Shown: positions 13,131 to 26,587, counted from the stretch's first letter. The stretch is DNA of 56,585 nt from Octopus bimaculoides (GCF_001194135.2 NC_068992.1:46115122-46171706); one strand, 5' to 3'. The notes: generated by a model not told the origin, from the sequence alone. Translations and numbers: made by a program.

Positions 13131-13371
13131 TTCATTAGCTCAGCCCTGTCTCCACAACATAGACTTCATACACAACACACTCCCTCTATAATAAACACCC
13201 AAGGATGTGAAGCAACTTTACAAGATTAATTAATAACCAATAAAATAAAACAACTCTACATGCAATGGAACAAACACTAATATAACACACACAAAAAAAT
13301 GAATAACAAGTGAAAATCCATAACAATCAAACAATCTGAGGCAGAACACTATGTGTGTGTGTGTGTGTGTA

Positions 13372-13402
<31 letters not shown>

Positions 13403-15204
13403 AAAATGTGCAGTCTATAAGGAAGAGTCTATGCACCTCCAACCCCAACAAAAGATAAAATACACAATGCTTCATATACACACTGGGAACAAAGTGAAAC
13501 ATATAGTGCAGTGAAAACATCACCTGAAACCGTCAAAAACAGAAAAAATAATAGTAGTCATCACTGTTATCATCATCATCATCTTTATTAGTATTTGTAA
13601 AGAATCTAAGTAGATTTTTAGATGACATTTTCTTCTCCTACTTTCAAAGAAAATTCATTAATGAAATGAATGTTTGTTTCTTTCAGAATGAAAATCAAAA
13701 TAAAACAATTTATAAATCTGTTTTATAATTTCCAGAGAATTTTAAAGTACTCAGTATTTGAGAGATTTTTCTCAAGTGTGGCTTGCCTAATGTTTTTATA
13801 GAAAGGATTCTTTTAAAAGTTATTCCAGGACAATGGTTTAAGAAATTTGTTTTTCTACTAAAACTACAAATTGTTGAAACGAATTTTCAGATAAGAATGT
13901 ACTCCATATAATGTTCTTCTCATACTAATTACTAATTATATACCATTAGATAATATATATTGGATCATGGGTATTGAATATTATATAAACAGCAAACAAG
14001 TAAAATATAAAATACAATAAAACTAGTACCAGTTTAATCCTATGTCAGCTATGATTGAGCAAAAATATACCTAAAAGCTTCATTTTTGTTTCAGTCTTTA
14101 TCTAATAGAACATTATCCAATGCTGTCTTTTGATTTTTTGTTTTTTTATTTTGAAGCTGGTACTGTGTAAGTTAACTAAAATTTGGCTGCTATTTTCGGC
14201 AGTTGGAGCATCTCCGCAGGGGAACCTATCAAGGCTCATTGAGAATAATCTTGGTAACAGGAAGTGAACTACAGCTTGTTTTGCTGGTTATGTGATGTGT
14301 TAATGAATCACAAATATTCTGTGGGTAATTAAAACATCAGTTAAGCCTCTTCCCCTTTGCTATATCTCTGCTGTTATACCAATATACACTCGAAGATCTT
14401 TGAAAAACGTTTATATCACTATTATTTAATGAAGTTTTCAAATATGTAGAGAAATAGTGTTGTGTAGTCAAACTGATGAGTTTATGGATGTTTTCTTTTG
14501 ATGTAGAATTTGTTTAAAGAGAAGCATGTTAAAATCACTTTGATAAAATAATGTAAAATGTGTTCATGGAACTGTTAAAGAATTGGAAAGATTGCAGACA
14601 TTGTATTGTTATTTTTTTTTGTTTTTTGTTTTTTATTTTTATTAGTAGCATTAATCATAGCAAAATATGCTCTGAGGATTTTAAGTGTTCTTTGTTATCC
14701 AACTGTGGAATCTTTTATTCAATAAATAGAGCTTAAAAAGTGTAGTATGTCTTGAATGAAATATAATAAATGATAAATTTTTAAGGACATCTTAAAGAAT
14801 TACTTTAGCTTAGCAGCATGGTTGATCTGCTGAGGAAATGATGCTTTGAGGTAGAATGTATGTATGTGTGTATATTTCAAGAATATGGCAATCAGAGAGT
14901 ACTCTACATAATATGAAGAGAAGACCGCATATATTTTTCCATGCAACAGTGAGGTATTTTGAATAGATTTCATTGGCCATATTAATGTTACTGCACTACC
15001 CATGTACTGGGGGATCAATATGAACCTAAACCAATGAGCTGTTATTAGGGAAACGTAACTAGTTAGTTGTGAACACTTTGAAAGATATTTTTCAGAACAA
15101 ATTTGTCCAGAAATGACTTGAGGATGTTGGAATCATTGAATACACTGCTATGTTTGTACAAGTTAGTTATGCAATTTCAGTGGTATGATGTAACTACACA
15201 CACA

Positions 15205-15276
<72 letters not shown>

Positions 15277-16056
15277 TCACTAATGTACCAGGGTGCCAGA
15301 TTGGATAACGATGTCAGTGATACAATATATTTATATTTCTGTAGTGTTCATATTGATATTTCAATAGCATTTATTATCAGGGTGGCGGTGTATATATTCT
15401 AGTAATGCATCACGGATGAGACTGGTTAAGATTTAGATCAAACACTTGATATGAAGTACGTTCTAGGGAATCAGAATATATGCTGTGAATATTTCATGAT
15501 AGATTTGAGAAAAGATACCTTAGAGATTTGGCTTTTAGCTCTAGCAAATACTAAGTATCTCATTCTAGTCCTTGTAGAGTGAAAGTAAGGAAAGTAGGCT
15601 GGAATTTATGAAGACTATAGGCTTCAACTAGAATTCTCAACTGAAAACCTTGCACTTGACTTATACAACAGGTCAGCTTATATACCACATGTATAATTTA
15701 ATAATCATTAACAAGAATGATATTATTATTATTGCTGTTTGTAAATGCTTTAGTCTTTATTGCTATTTATAATACATATATATACAAAGATAACATATAT
15801 ATACATTCTCTCCAAGATCAGTGATAATTGCAGAACATACTTAAGTGTTATTTCACAGCTGGAAACCTACTTCACTATCAACTACTTTGGCATTAAATAA
15901 GAACATCAGGTTTCTGGAATGGTAATATTTCCATAGCAACACACTACCACCACAGCATACATACACATGAGTACGTGTACATGAGTCTGTGTGTGTGTTT
16001 GTGCATGTGTGTGTGCGTGTGTGTATATGTATGCATGTATATATAAACATATAAAC

Positions 16057-16116
<60 letters not shown>

Positions 16117-16519
16117 NNNNNNNNNNNNNNNNNNNNNNNNNNNNNNNNNNNNNNNNNNNNNNNNNNNNNNNNNNNNNNNNNNNNNNNNNNNNNNNNNNNN
16201 NNNNNNNNNNNNNNNNNNNNNNNNNNNNNNNNNNNNNNNNNNNNNNNNNNNNNNNNNNNNNNNNNNNNNNNNNNNNNNNNNNNNNNNNNNNNNNNNNNNN
16301 NNNNNNNNNNNNNNNNNNNNNNNNNNNNNNNNNNNNNNNNNNNNNNNNNNNNNNNNNNNNNNNNNNNNNNNNNNNNNNNNNNNNNNNNNNNNNNNNNNNN
16401 NNNNNNNNNNNNNNNNNNNNNNNNNNNNNNNNNNNNNNNNNNNNNNNNNNNNNNNNNNNNNNNNNNNNNNNNNNNNNNNNNNNNNNNNNNNNNNNNNNNN
16501 NNNNNNNNNNNNNNNNNNN
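16117..16519. other. Assembly gap flanked by (AT)n
   Basis: Run of N. Confidence 0.99.
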
Positions 16520-16552
<33 letters not shown>

Positions 16553-17129
16553 TGTACACACATACATGTATATATACAAACATATGTGTGTGTATATATA
16601 CACACATGCATAAATATATACACATGAATATATGTATAATATATATATATACATATATACAAGTGTATGTATGTATTAATATATATTAAGAGTGAGCAAA
16701 ATATAAAAGAAATATTCACAGAAAAAAAAAGTGTATAAAAAAATACTAGCTTGGAAATCTATAGCGGCGAACCATTAATAAGGTGTAAATAAAATTTAAA
16801 AAAAAGACAAATAGCATAAATTTAGAGAAATGTTCTTGAAATTTCTTTGAAATATTCTGTTAGCAGCCAAGAGGTTTTAGCATGTTCAAACAACACTGTT
16901 GGCAAAATATTTAACCAAGTTTGCAAAAGAGAAATGTGACAGCCATGTTATTTGAATACAGATTTATTCAGCTAACTTGGATGTCTTCTAAGGAATGGTG
17001 CTTCTAACCTTGGGACATATGGTTCTCTAATTTCGTTAACTTGGCAGAATTATCAGAAAGAATGAAGGTGATTTGTATAGTGTGACATCGTTGATTTATA
17101 TATGGTAGCTAATGACTGAGTTGCATACA

Positions 17130-17290
17130 TTAGCTGGCTGTTTAAAAAGTTGTTTTCACATCTGTGAGGTTTCAGGTTCAGTCCCACAGTACAGCACCTT
17201 GAACAATAAAACCTTTGGCCATCCAATGCATTTTGAGAGGATATGATAAAAAGTGTGTGTGCATGAAACTGTTTACAGTCTGTAAAGAGC
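17130..17290 (+). mobile_element. SINE S1 5' head, degenerate
   Basis: caggttcagtcccacagtacagcaccttgaac matches the S1 B-box/CORE junction. Confidence 0.55.
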
Positions 17291-17357
17291 TAAACCATGG
17301 ATGAGGATGTTTGCTGATATTTCCTCAGCAAAATCATCATCCAGTATGTAGATCATT

Positions 17358-17559
17358 ATCTTTATCATCGTCGACTTCTTTCAGTCCTTAGACTCTGATC
17401 GTGAAAGGGTACTGCCTTGGAGAGTATTCAATTGAATGGATCGACCCCCAGTACTTAATTTTTTAAACATGGGACTTATTATATTGGTCACTTTTCCTGA
17501 ACTGCTAGGTTACAGAAATGTATACAAACCAGCATCAGTTGTCAAGTGATGGTGGGAAC

Positions 17560-17613
<54 letters not shown>

Positions 17614-17780
17614 ATGGGCTTTTTTTTTCAGTTTCCATCCTCCAAATCCACTCACAAGGCTTTTGTTGGCCTGAGGCTAAAGTAGAAGACGCTTGCCCAA
17701 AGTGCCTCACGGTGGGAGAGAACCTGGAACCATGTGCTTGGGCAGTAATCTTCTTACCACACAGCCATACCTGCACCTAT
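17358..17780 (-). mobile_element. SINE S1, near full length
   Basis: Aligns end to end with the copies at 42367 and 52647 and has a central (CA)n. Confidence 0.85.
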
Positions 17781-18186
17781 AAGGTACCTTCAAAAATGAG
17801 TGAAATGAAAACTCCCTTACACAAAAGACAGGCAAGGGTTAATGATAGGAAGAGCAATTGTCCACAGGACTAATGCCTCTGTAACGTATTTGTCTAATTA
17901 AAAGAAATGGATGTAAAATATACAGAGGAAAACTGCCACAAACAATGGATTATGTTATATCTTTGACTTAATGCAGCTACATACAATTGCATTTCTTCTG
18001 TACACAGGAGGTAAATAAATGGATACTGGTTCAACTGTAAGCTTACTTCTGAGGGAAAATAGCAGCCAATCCAGGAGCGGTGGGTTGTCAGTACTACAAC
18101 TGGTCTCTCATTTTAAAACTATGGGAAACAAGGAACCAACATTGCTTTCATGATGGACTTGGAATTGTGAAATTTAAACTATGAAC

Positions 18187-18219
<33 letters not shown>

Positions 18220-18311
18220 TCACATGCCTTCTCTCTTTCCTGCTTGCTAACAGAGATAGTAACTCTCTAACACAAACATACACATTCTCACTCTCTCTCT
18301 CTCTCTAACAT

Positions 18312-18355
<44 letters not shown>

Positions 18356-18596
18356 TCTATCCCTCTCACTCAAACACATTTGTCTGAAGTGAAAATTGAA
18401 ACTGTACTTCACTCTAAAGTTACTCTTCTCTCCCCTTCTTCTGTTACCTTCCTCCTCCTCTCTCCTTCCCCTTCCTGCTCCTCTCTCCATCCTCCTCCTC
18501 AATCCCCCTCTCTTCTTCTCCTTCCCTCTCTCACTCACTCCCCTTTCTTTATCCCTCTCCCTTTTCTCAACAATTTTTGTGATTCCTCCAGCTTAC

Positions 18597-18661
18597 TGGA
18601 TCTTCAGCTGGTAATAACAGCAAAAGAGATTTTAGCAAATCTTTCATATATTTATTTTTCC
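18597..18661 (-). CDS. Candidate coding exon (xKNKYMKDLLKSLLLLLPAEDP), unknown gene
   Basis: Acceptor ttcttgattatctcag, donor gtaagc, one open frame. No homology recognised. Confidence 0.3.
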
Positions 18662-20259
18662 CTGAGATAATCAAGAATGATCAGTGAACCATTATGGAGA
18701 TTGAGAAATTGTGTAACAACAACAACAAAACAACAACAACAACAACAACAACATTAAAAAAGAAAGGAATGCAACAAGAAGAAAAGAATAAATGAAAAAA
18801 ATACTACTAAAATGGATGAATATTTATTAAGTAAGGCAATATAGAAAAATATAAATAACAAGAAAAGAGAATATGTTTTATCACTATTGGAAAAGTTGAA
18901 TATGAGAAGCGGAGAGCAAAATATCAACGAACATTAATGGAAGAAGAAAATAATATAAATAATGACCAAATAAACAAACAAACAAAAATAAATGCATAAA
19001 CAAATAGAGAGGGAGAGAGAGAATATTCAAATTAGATAGTTGAACTTGCATACAGAATTCAATGAGCCATGAAAAGCAGCTGTTATTAGAAAAATATCTT
19101 TAGCTTGGCGAAAAAATCAGCTATCCCAGGTGAAAATGGAGAGCAATATAGAAAGAGGTTTGTGTGAATAGATGGAAGAGCGAGACAACTTAACATTGGT
19201 TATAATAACAAGAACAGAGCAAAGTTAAAGAAACATCGAGATACATATAATAAACAAAATGAAACAAAACAAAAAAAAGAAAGAACAAAACTGGTGTGCA
19301 GTGTGTTCTATACTGGCAGACTTGTATTAACAACTGAAGTATTGTCTGGTTGACACATTATCTTGACAGACTCACTTTCTGATTGCTTGTTTAGTAATAT
19401 ATATATATATGTGTGTGTGTTGGGCAGCTGTAGTAGTAGTATTAGTAGTAGTAGTAGCAAACATACTTTGACATGAACAACAGGAGAAATTATTGTCTAA
19501 TTCCAAGGAGGTTGACAAAATATTAAGAAAAATGAAATGGAGGCAGAGGAATGAGGAAGATAAAGTAAATTGTAAGGAGAGGAAAACATAACTTTATGGA
19601 AATATACAATAAAACCAGTTATTTGAGGAGATCATAGGAATTAGAGATGACCAACGGATGAGAGGAAATAGGTGTATGGTCAATAATCTATTCAAGTTCA
19701 AAAGGACCAATTTACATCACCAAAAAATCATTCCACTGGCTACATTGCAGAGGCGTATCATCTATCAACAACACACACTTGCATTGAATACAGAGACAAA
19801 TGGACCGTATAGCTTGTTCCATGACCAATATCCAAAATTAATCAACTCTCACAGTAAAGTTGTCCTATATAAAATTCTTTGACCATGGTTTTGGAAGGAT
19901 GCCGGTGGTTCATCCTCCAGTTGAGGGTTTGGTTGATAAGTAAATCTATGCATTTCAAACAGAGCTGGGTAAACAGTAGGTGTCTTCGTGTTATTTTAGA
20001 AGTTAAACTAAGTGGGAAAGATCTCTAAAATGCTTGTTCCTTTACTTCTGTGACCAAAGACTTCCTGATATTAGGTTCTTCTTGGTAGGGGAGGGGTATG
20101 CTTAATCCAACAGCCAGTTCAACTTTCACCAATTGACTTTTTGGTGGTCTCCATAGTGGAGTTCACAATCTTGTAGGAGTTTGGACCAGGCAGTTGGCTA
20201 CCAGGAAGACATTGCAGGTGAAAGGTGTAAACTGTCACAATCAAACAATGCAAGGTCCA

Positions 20260-20604
20260 GAAAGGGTAAAGACTGCCTTCAGTCCTGAATGACCACGGGA
20301 TTGCATCTAGAAAGTTTCCCTCCAAGGCAAAGTCCAGGCAAGGCTGTTTATAGAAAACCAGCAGATGCTTGTGCATACCAGCCTCTGCCCTTCACACTGC
20401 TGATGTTATCCAAAGGAAAGGCAAAAGCCAATACAGCTTGGTACCAATGATGTCACAACTCATTTCTACAGCTGAAAGAACTGGAGCAACATGAAGTAAA
20501 GTATCTTGCCCAAGAACACAATACATAACCCGATCTGGGAATCAAACTTACTACCTCATGAGTGTGAGCCCAACACTCTAACCTCTGAGCCATGCACCTT
20601 CACA
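20260..20604 (-). mobile_element. SINE family S4 (tRNA head plus CORE-like domain)
   Basis: The minus strand reads GGCTCAGAGGTTAGAG..GTTTGATTCCC..TGTTCTTGGGCAAGATACTTTACTTC..CTGTAGAAATGAG, i.e. A box, B box and a CORE-like segment. It resembles the octopus OR-type CORE-SINEs (from recall). Confidence 0.7.
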
Positions 20605-21254
20605 ATGTAAAGGTCTAATATTGACAATGTTTGCTGCAGGAATGGCCATCTTTTAGAAGGCAGATAATACCCTAAAAATTGTACTGAGTGTCCCTACCCC
20701 TCTCTATAAATACAGTGTACAAATTATGCCCTTCCAAAACAAATATTTTTCCACATGTAGCAAATAATTCTAAGGGAAAAGTATTTTAGGAAAAGACAAC
20801 AAATTGTCTATGTATTCTATTTCATATTTCAGAGTATTGCATTAAATTAGAAATCTTAAATTAAACATTAATTGTGATTAATTTTGTGCAATTACACACA
20901 TTTGCGTACTTATATAATCTATTCCAGTCATGTATAATGCTATTATGGAAAAAATAATTAAAGTAAGAATCTTCCAAGTTTTATTTCAACTGATTTTTTT
21001 AATAAGAATAACTTCTTCTCTGCCAGCACGTGTGTGTGTTTCAGCAAAGTTTACAGAAAACTGGTTCATATAATTAAAAGAAAAGATCTTTACTAATTAT
21101 GGCACCAAATTGAAAACACAAAACTTCTCTTCTTTAAATACCCAAGAGATTTGCAACAATAAAATGCATCTTTTAATCAAAAATTCATTTTAAACCGTTA
21201 ACCAGTTTCTCGACTAATCATGTCACACTCATAAATAGCTTCCAAACCTAACAG

Positions 21255-21329
21255 ATTCCAATTAGTATATCCAATTCAAACAAATCGGAATTCGCACGAA
21301 ACAATAGAGGAAATAAAGAGACAACATAG
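21255..21329 (+). CDS. Candidate coding exon (FQLVYPIQTNRNSHETIEEIKRQH)
   Basis: ctaacag acceptor, AG|gtaaat donor, 75 nt, symmetric phase 2-2, locally CpG-retaining. Confidence 0.3.
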   Translation: MPISISNSNKSEFARNNRGNKETT

Positions 21330-21857
21330 GTAAATTCTTCACACTGATTCTATCAAATGGTCTCATGCCAGATTTTGAATGCATGGCCACAGACGTTGTG
21401 AGTCTGAATAGGTTTGTATACGTATATACTTTTGTATGTACATAGGTATCTATGTGTGTGTGTGTGTATGTGTGTGTATGTGTGTGTTTGTGTGTGTGTG
21501 TGCATATATACACATATATAGATAAATACTCATATACAGACACATTCAATGACTGCCATGCAGACATGCTACTCATAGGCACTTTCACCTCAATTTCTTT
21601 TAATTATGTAGTTTAAGTCCACTTTTAATTTGTGAAGTAGATGACAGACACACCAAACCCCTGGATAAGATGCTAATCTCTCATTGAAAACATTCTCTGA
21701 CCACCTCTACAGGGATAATTTAAAGTGTTCTAGAAGAAAGTATTGTCTGCAGAAATTTAACAAAATGAACCAATATGGTCTCTCCCTATGCTTAACAAAG
21801 AAACCTAATCTCCCTCAAATATCACTAAACCCTGTTAAACTGGAAGGAAACTGCCAC

Positions 21858-22220
21858 CATCATCATCATTTAATTACCATTTACCATGCTGACATGAGTT
21901 GGATGGTTTAGCAGAAGCTGGCAAGTAATAAGACTGCACCAAGCTCTAATGTCAGGTTTTGCATGGTTTTTGCAGCTAGATATCCTTCTTAATGCCAACC
22001 ACTTTACAGCATTTATTGCACCAATAAGAATGGTCATAGCTAGCTGGCTGAAAAATGCACCCAGTACACACTGTAAAGCTGTTAGTGTTGAGAAGGGCAT
22101 CCAGCTAAAGAAACCATGCCAAAGCAGACGTTGGAGTACAATGCAGTCTTTAAACACATTTGATCCTGTCAAAGTATCAAATCTGTGCTGGCATGGAAGA
22201 TGGGCCTTTAATGATGGTGA
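21858..22220. mobile_element. Head-to-head inverted dimer of older S2 copies
   Basis: Arms of about 21870-22010 and 22070-22215 are reverse complements, with a (CAT)n tail on the left and an ATG-type tail on the right. Confidence 0.8.
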
Positions 22221-22404
22221 ATATTGGTGCCTGCAGTGGATTTGAGCTCATGATTTCTTTAAGACAGTCGTTGTTCAATACACTTACCCATTCTTCCCAT
22301 TTAATTAACTTCAGTTCTCCTTTGTACATTCAAGTGAAACGTAAACCTTTCATAGCATTTGCAATGAAGACAGCTCTATAACATACACACATAAACGTCA
22401 AAAC

Positions 22405-22495
22405 TGAGAGAGACAGAGACAGAGTGAGAGAGAGAGAAAGAGACAAAGTGAGAGAGAGAAAGAGACAGAGTGAGAGAGAGAAAGAGACAGAGAAT
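22405..22495. repeat. 22-bp GA-rich minisatellite
   Basis: agtgagagagagaaagagacag-type unit, about 3 copies. Confidence 0.7.
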
Positions 22496-23119
22496 GTGTG
22501 AAATATGACACAGAGAAACCAGTATCACTTTACATAGAACTCATCATGTCTTTCAAAAGAAATAATGGTGTGAAGAATGCAGAAAAGAATATATTAGCAT
22601 ATTAACAGTCTGGACAGGTTGAGCACAATCTTATATACAAACACACACACGCACGTGTGCGCGCATGCCCATATGTATATATGTACATAAATACACATAT
22701 ATGAGTGTTTGTGTGAGTATGCATTTCACTGCACTTGGACATATGTAAATATATGTGTCTGCATGTATGTGTATATTTTATATTGCTATTACTTCAGTGT
22801 ATGCATACAAGTGTATAAGTGAGTGTATATGTATGCATGTCACTACACTTGGGTATATATGAATATATGATATATGACTGTATGTATATGCATATCAGGT
22901 ATTGTCATTACCACTATATTTATAAACACACATGATATAGCATATACATGCATACATGTGTCTATATAATTTAGGGTCCTGTCTATAATATTTCAGACGA
23001 CATCCTATCTTTTATTTATTATCACACAGAAAGAAGATGAGGAAATTAGTAACATTACACATGATAAGATATCAGTAATTGTGACAATACATGGAGTGGG
23101 TATGACTCGAAATACACAC

Positions 23120-23164
<45 letters not shown>

Positions 23165-23620
23165 AACGCTCTTGAAATACATGTACAAACATACATACAA
23201 ACACACACAATATCCACAGCCTCCTGTCTCAGGTAATTTGTACCTGATAACAGATTCTCATTAACATTTACTCTCAGCCAACATTTCATTTCTATCTGAT
23301 AGCATTAATGTTCTTATTATTATTTATGTACCATTATCATTTCATTTATCATTGTTACCATGATTATGTATATACAGAGAGCAAAAGGGGAATTCCAAGT
23401 GCATATCCCATCTTGGGTAGATCTTGTTTTTATCTATCTTTGGTGAATAAAATAATTACTACCAATTATGTCCAACAAATAATTAAATCAAGAATTAAAA
23501 TTTTTGTCCTAATATTTTTGGTGTATAAGGCAGCGGGCTAGTAGAGTTGCTAGCACACCGTAGAAAATGTTCTTTGATGTTTCTTTGAACTCTTAACTTT
23601 CTGAGTTCAAATTATAGTAA

Positions 23621-23664
<44 letters not shown>

Positions 23665-24270
23665 CTCACACATTAAAAACGATACATAAATGGAATTTTT
23701 ACCAGCTTAAACTCCTCTGGATTATACCTTGTTTTAAGTACTTTTAATGCTTTCTAAGAAAAGAATTCTGCTTTTAAAACCCTTTGCATAAAGTCTTTTA
23801 GCCCCTAAACATTGCTTTTGAATTTTGTGTAACTTATCCTCCATATTTCACACATTTTCCTTGCAAACCTCATGTTTTGTTCTACCTCTTAGAACCCCTG
23901 TGGCTAATACAGAAAACATTGCTGTTGCTATTACTGATTAGCCGATATCGTCCTTATTTCTTTGTCATTCATACATCAGTCCTTAATACGATATAATCTA
24001 AATGTGCATGTGTGCGTGTGTGTGAGTGTGTGTGTGCGTGTGTGTGAGTGTGTGTGTGTGTGTGTGCGTGTGTTATAGATATATTATAACAACCTTTCAT
24101 GGAAGTATATAGCATCAGTATTGAGTTACATTACATTGTATATCAAATTAAAGAATAAGATCCAGGAATCAATTATTTTGCACATAGATTTTGCCTTCAT
24201 TATTCCCAGAAATCATTGCTGTCATCATCACCATTCTCTTTATTGTTAATTTTGTGATTTGGTGATATAG

Positions 24271-24329
24271 TGTCCAGAAGAAATTGTATCAGACTCTGGT
24301 TTAGAAAAACATCCCTGTTCTCCCAACCG
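24271..24329 (+). CDS. Candidate coding exon (CPEEIVSDSGLEKHPCSPN)
   Basis: tag acceptor, CG|gtaatc donor, phase 0-2. Confidence 0.2.
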
Positions 24330-24595
24330 GTAATCAGCCATGGTCAAACCTGTAAGTGGATCTGTGTATGGACTAATGAAAAGATGATAAACTGAAACTG
24401 AGAGGGTCTTGTAAGTAATTAACGATAGGTGGGACCATTGTGTGAAGTGGGTGTTAGTGTCTTGAAATGGGGCGCCTTATTCTAAACTATTGATCCTTTC
24501 TTTTGTTCCTGGAACCTATCGTATATCCTGGCTGTCGTTTTGCATCTCGCAAATCTTTACAAGCACACGCACAAACACACACATACACCCATATA

Positions 24596-24647
<52 letters not shown>

Positions 24648-24810
24648 CATACACATATATGTGTATGTGTGAGTTGTGTATATATATAAGGATATATATG
24701 TGTGTCTATATACATGATGATCTCTAGTTTCTTGTCTCACTCTACAGCTTAATCATCCGTCTGTTTTAGATTTCAACAAATTTCATTGTTTTCCCTCTAT
24801 TATCAACACA

Positions 24811-24811
<1 letters not shown>

Positions 24812-24869
<58 letters not shown>

Positions 24870-24935
24870 CATCATCATCATCATCATTATTGTTATCATC
24901 ATCATCGTCGTCGTCGTCGTCGTCATCATCATCAC
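24812..24935. repeat. Compound trinucleotide microsatellite (TAT)n-(CAT)n-(CGT)n-(CAT)n
   Basis: Read directly from the sequence. Confidence 0.95.
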
Positions 24936-24986
24936 CAATATCGTCATGTATGGGTGCGTGGGTTTGTGTGTCTGCATTTCCTTCAG

Positions 24987-25059
24987 AAGTTCAAGTAAAT
25001 TATGTGTCATTGACAGAATAAAGAATTACTTCCAGAGACTGAATAATTCATTACAGTCA
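24987..25059 (+). CDS. Candidate coding exon (SSSKLCVIDRIKNYFQRLNNSLQS)
   Basis: tctgcatttccttcag acceptor, gtgaga donor, phase 2-0, compatible with 24271-24329. Confidence 0.2.
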
Positions 25060-25637
25060 GTGAGACAATGACTAAATAATCTCTCATAGTGAACACTCAA
25101 CTATTACATCACCACCACCACCACTGACACCACCATCAACACCTTAAGCTACACTGATGATGGAGCTTCTGTTGGTTTTGACAATGAGCACTGAGTTGTT
25201 CAATCAACTGAAATACTTCTTCATTAGATTATCACTTAAGTGGTTGAGTATTCCAAGAATAAAGCTATCCTTAACAAAATTCACAAGCCAAATGAGGGTA
25301 ACGCATTATGTAATAAGGCTGCACCTCTTAATTATATATATAATCCACCTGATCAGATTTCCCGCAGTTTCACTCCTAAGGCTGTGATTGATCCAACAAA
25401 ATAGTAAAAGACATTTGGCCTAAATGTCAAACAGCTGGATTGAACCCAAAACCTTGTGATTGTAATGCAAACTCATAAGCCTCTACAACACCACTAAAGA
25501 CTTAATCATGTATGTAGCATATCTAGGATCACCTCAGGTGGGCCCTTTGCTGATGGTATATGTTAGTAGCATCAATAAAGCTACCATTTTTGTGGAGTGT
25601 TTGTTAATCAGGCAATTTTCTGGGCAAGACATCACGT

Positions 25638-26055
25638 GGTACAGCTCCAGCTTCTGTGTTGAGTAGTTTAGGGATTGTCAAGTTACTCCTTAATTATCAC
25701 TACTCCTAAGTCCCATTTGGCCTGAGATGGCAGTATTGTTAAGGGCCTTAGTTATTGGGCAAATAGTGGGAGCTGATCTTGTGGCTAAGGCAAGCAGGAC
25801 TTGGAGAAGGACTGTCACACTGGACCACTGATGTTGAGCATGCTCTGATGTCATGTGAACCAGTACCACTCTGTAAAGATTATATACGCCCTGTAACTCA
25901 GAGGTAAGCTCAAGGAAGAAGGAAATTAGCAGAGTGTACTGTAAATAAACTGAAAGAGGGCAATGGCATAACTCTACTGTATCTTGTCCTTCCTTTATAA
26001 CCAGCACTAAAACAAACAAAAAAATAACTAGGAAGTTTAAGATTTTGATATAAAG
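25638..26055 (+). mobile_element. Probable decayed Gypsy pol (protease-RT junction)
   Basis: GTAPASVLSSLGIVKLLL..LLG, then EGLSHWTTDVEHAL..PV..YIRP..VNKLKEGNGI..GSLRF resemble Gypsy protease and the start of RT. Many stops. Confidence 0.45.
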
Positions 26056-26089
26056 ATTTCTGATTGCCGATGTCTGTAGTAATAACACA

Positions 26090-26147
<58 letters not shown>

Positions 26148-26482
26148 AAATGAGTGAGTGTGTGCGAGACAGGTTAACTAGGCAAAGCCCACAACCTTCT
26201 CTAAGCTATACTACTTAGAACAGAAGCTGAATAGTTGAATTCAACTCTCTAAATACTACAAAACAATCAATTTCAGAGAAGTACTTTAATTTTAGTAAGG
26301 AGTTGTTTAGGCTGAACCAGCAAAATGTCAGACAAGAAGACATGAACTGTTTATCCTTTGCAACATTATTATCAGTCTGAATATGTTTAATGCACGTTCG
26401 AACTGGGGAACAAGTTACTCACTGCATTTTGTCACGGAGAATATATCTCACTTGTTGACAAATGGTGTGCCACCTACTTAGA

Positions 26483-26530
26483 CTGTAAAATATTAACATT
26501 TCAGAATAGTTATCTCCTCATCAGTCACAG
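26483..26530 (-). ncRNA. Minimal type I hammerhead ribozyme motif, catalytic core intact
   Basis: The minus strand reads CTGTGA CTGATGA GGAG-ATAACTA-TTCT GAAA TG-TTAA-TA T T TTACAG. Stems I, II and III pair with G-U wobbles and the cleavage triplet is AUU. Confidence 0.75.
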
Positions 26531-26587
26531 ACACTAAGACAAATGGTGTGTATTCACCTAGATCAGCTTGCAGCGCCACCTTAGTGT

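Noticed and set aside
15927-15940. Exact RFX X-box match ATTTCCATAGCAAC
   Set aside because: Several matches to the degenerate consensus are expected by chance in 56 kb of AT-rich DNA, and there is no other promoter evidence.
19658-19882. Gypsy integrase remnant (QFTS, NTETNG)
   Set aside because: Only scattered short motifs in different frames, too weak to call.
25690-25760. Tyrosine recombinase motif (GLRSSD) on the minus strand
   Set aside because: It is a single short motif followed by a stop, and the plus strand fits Gypsy pol better.
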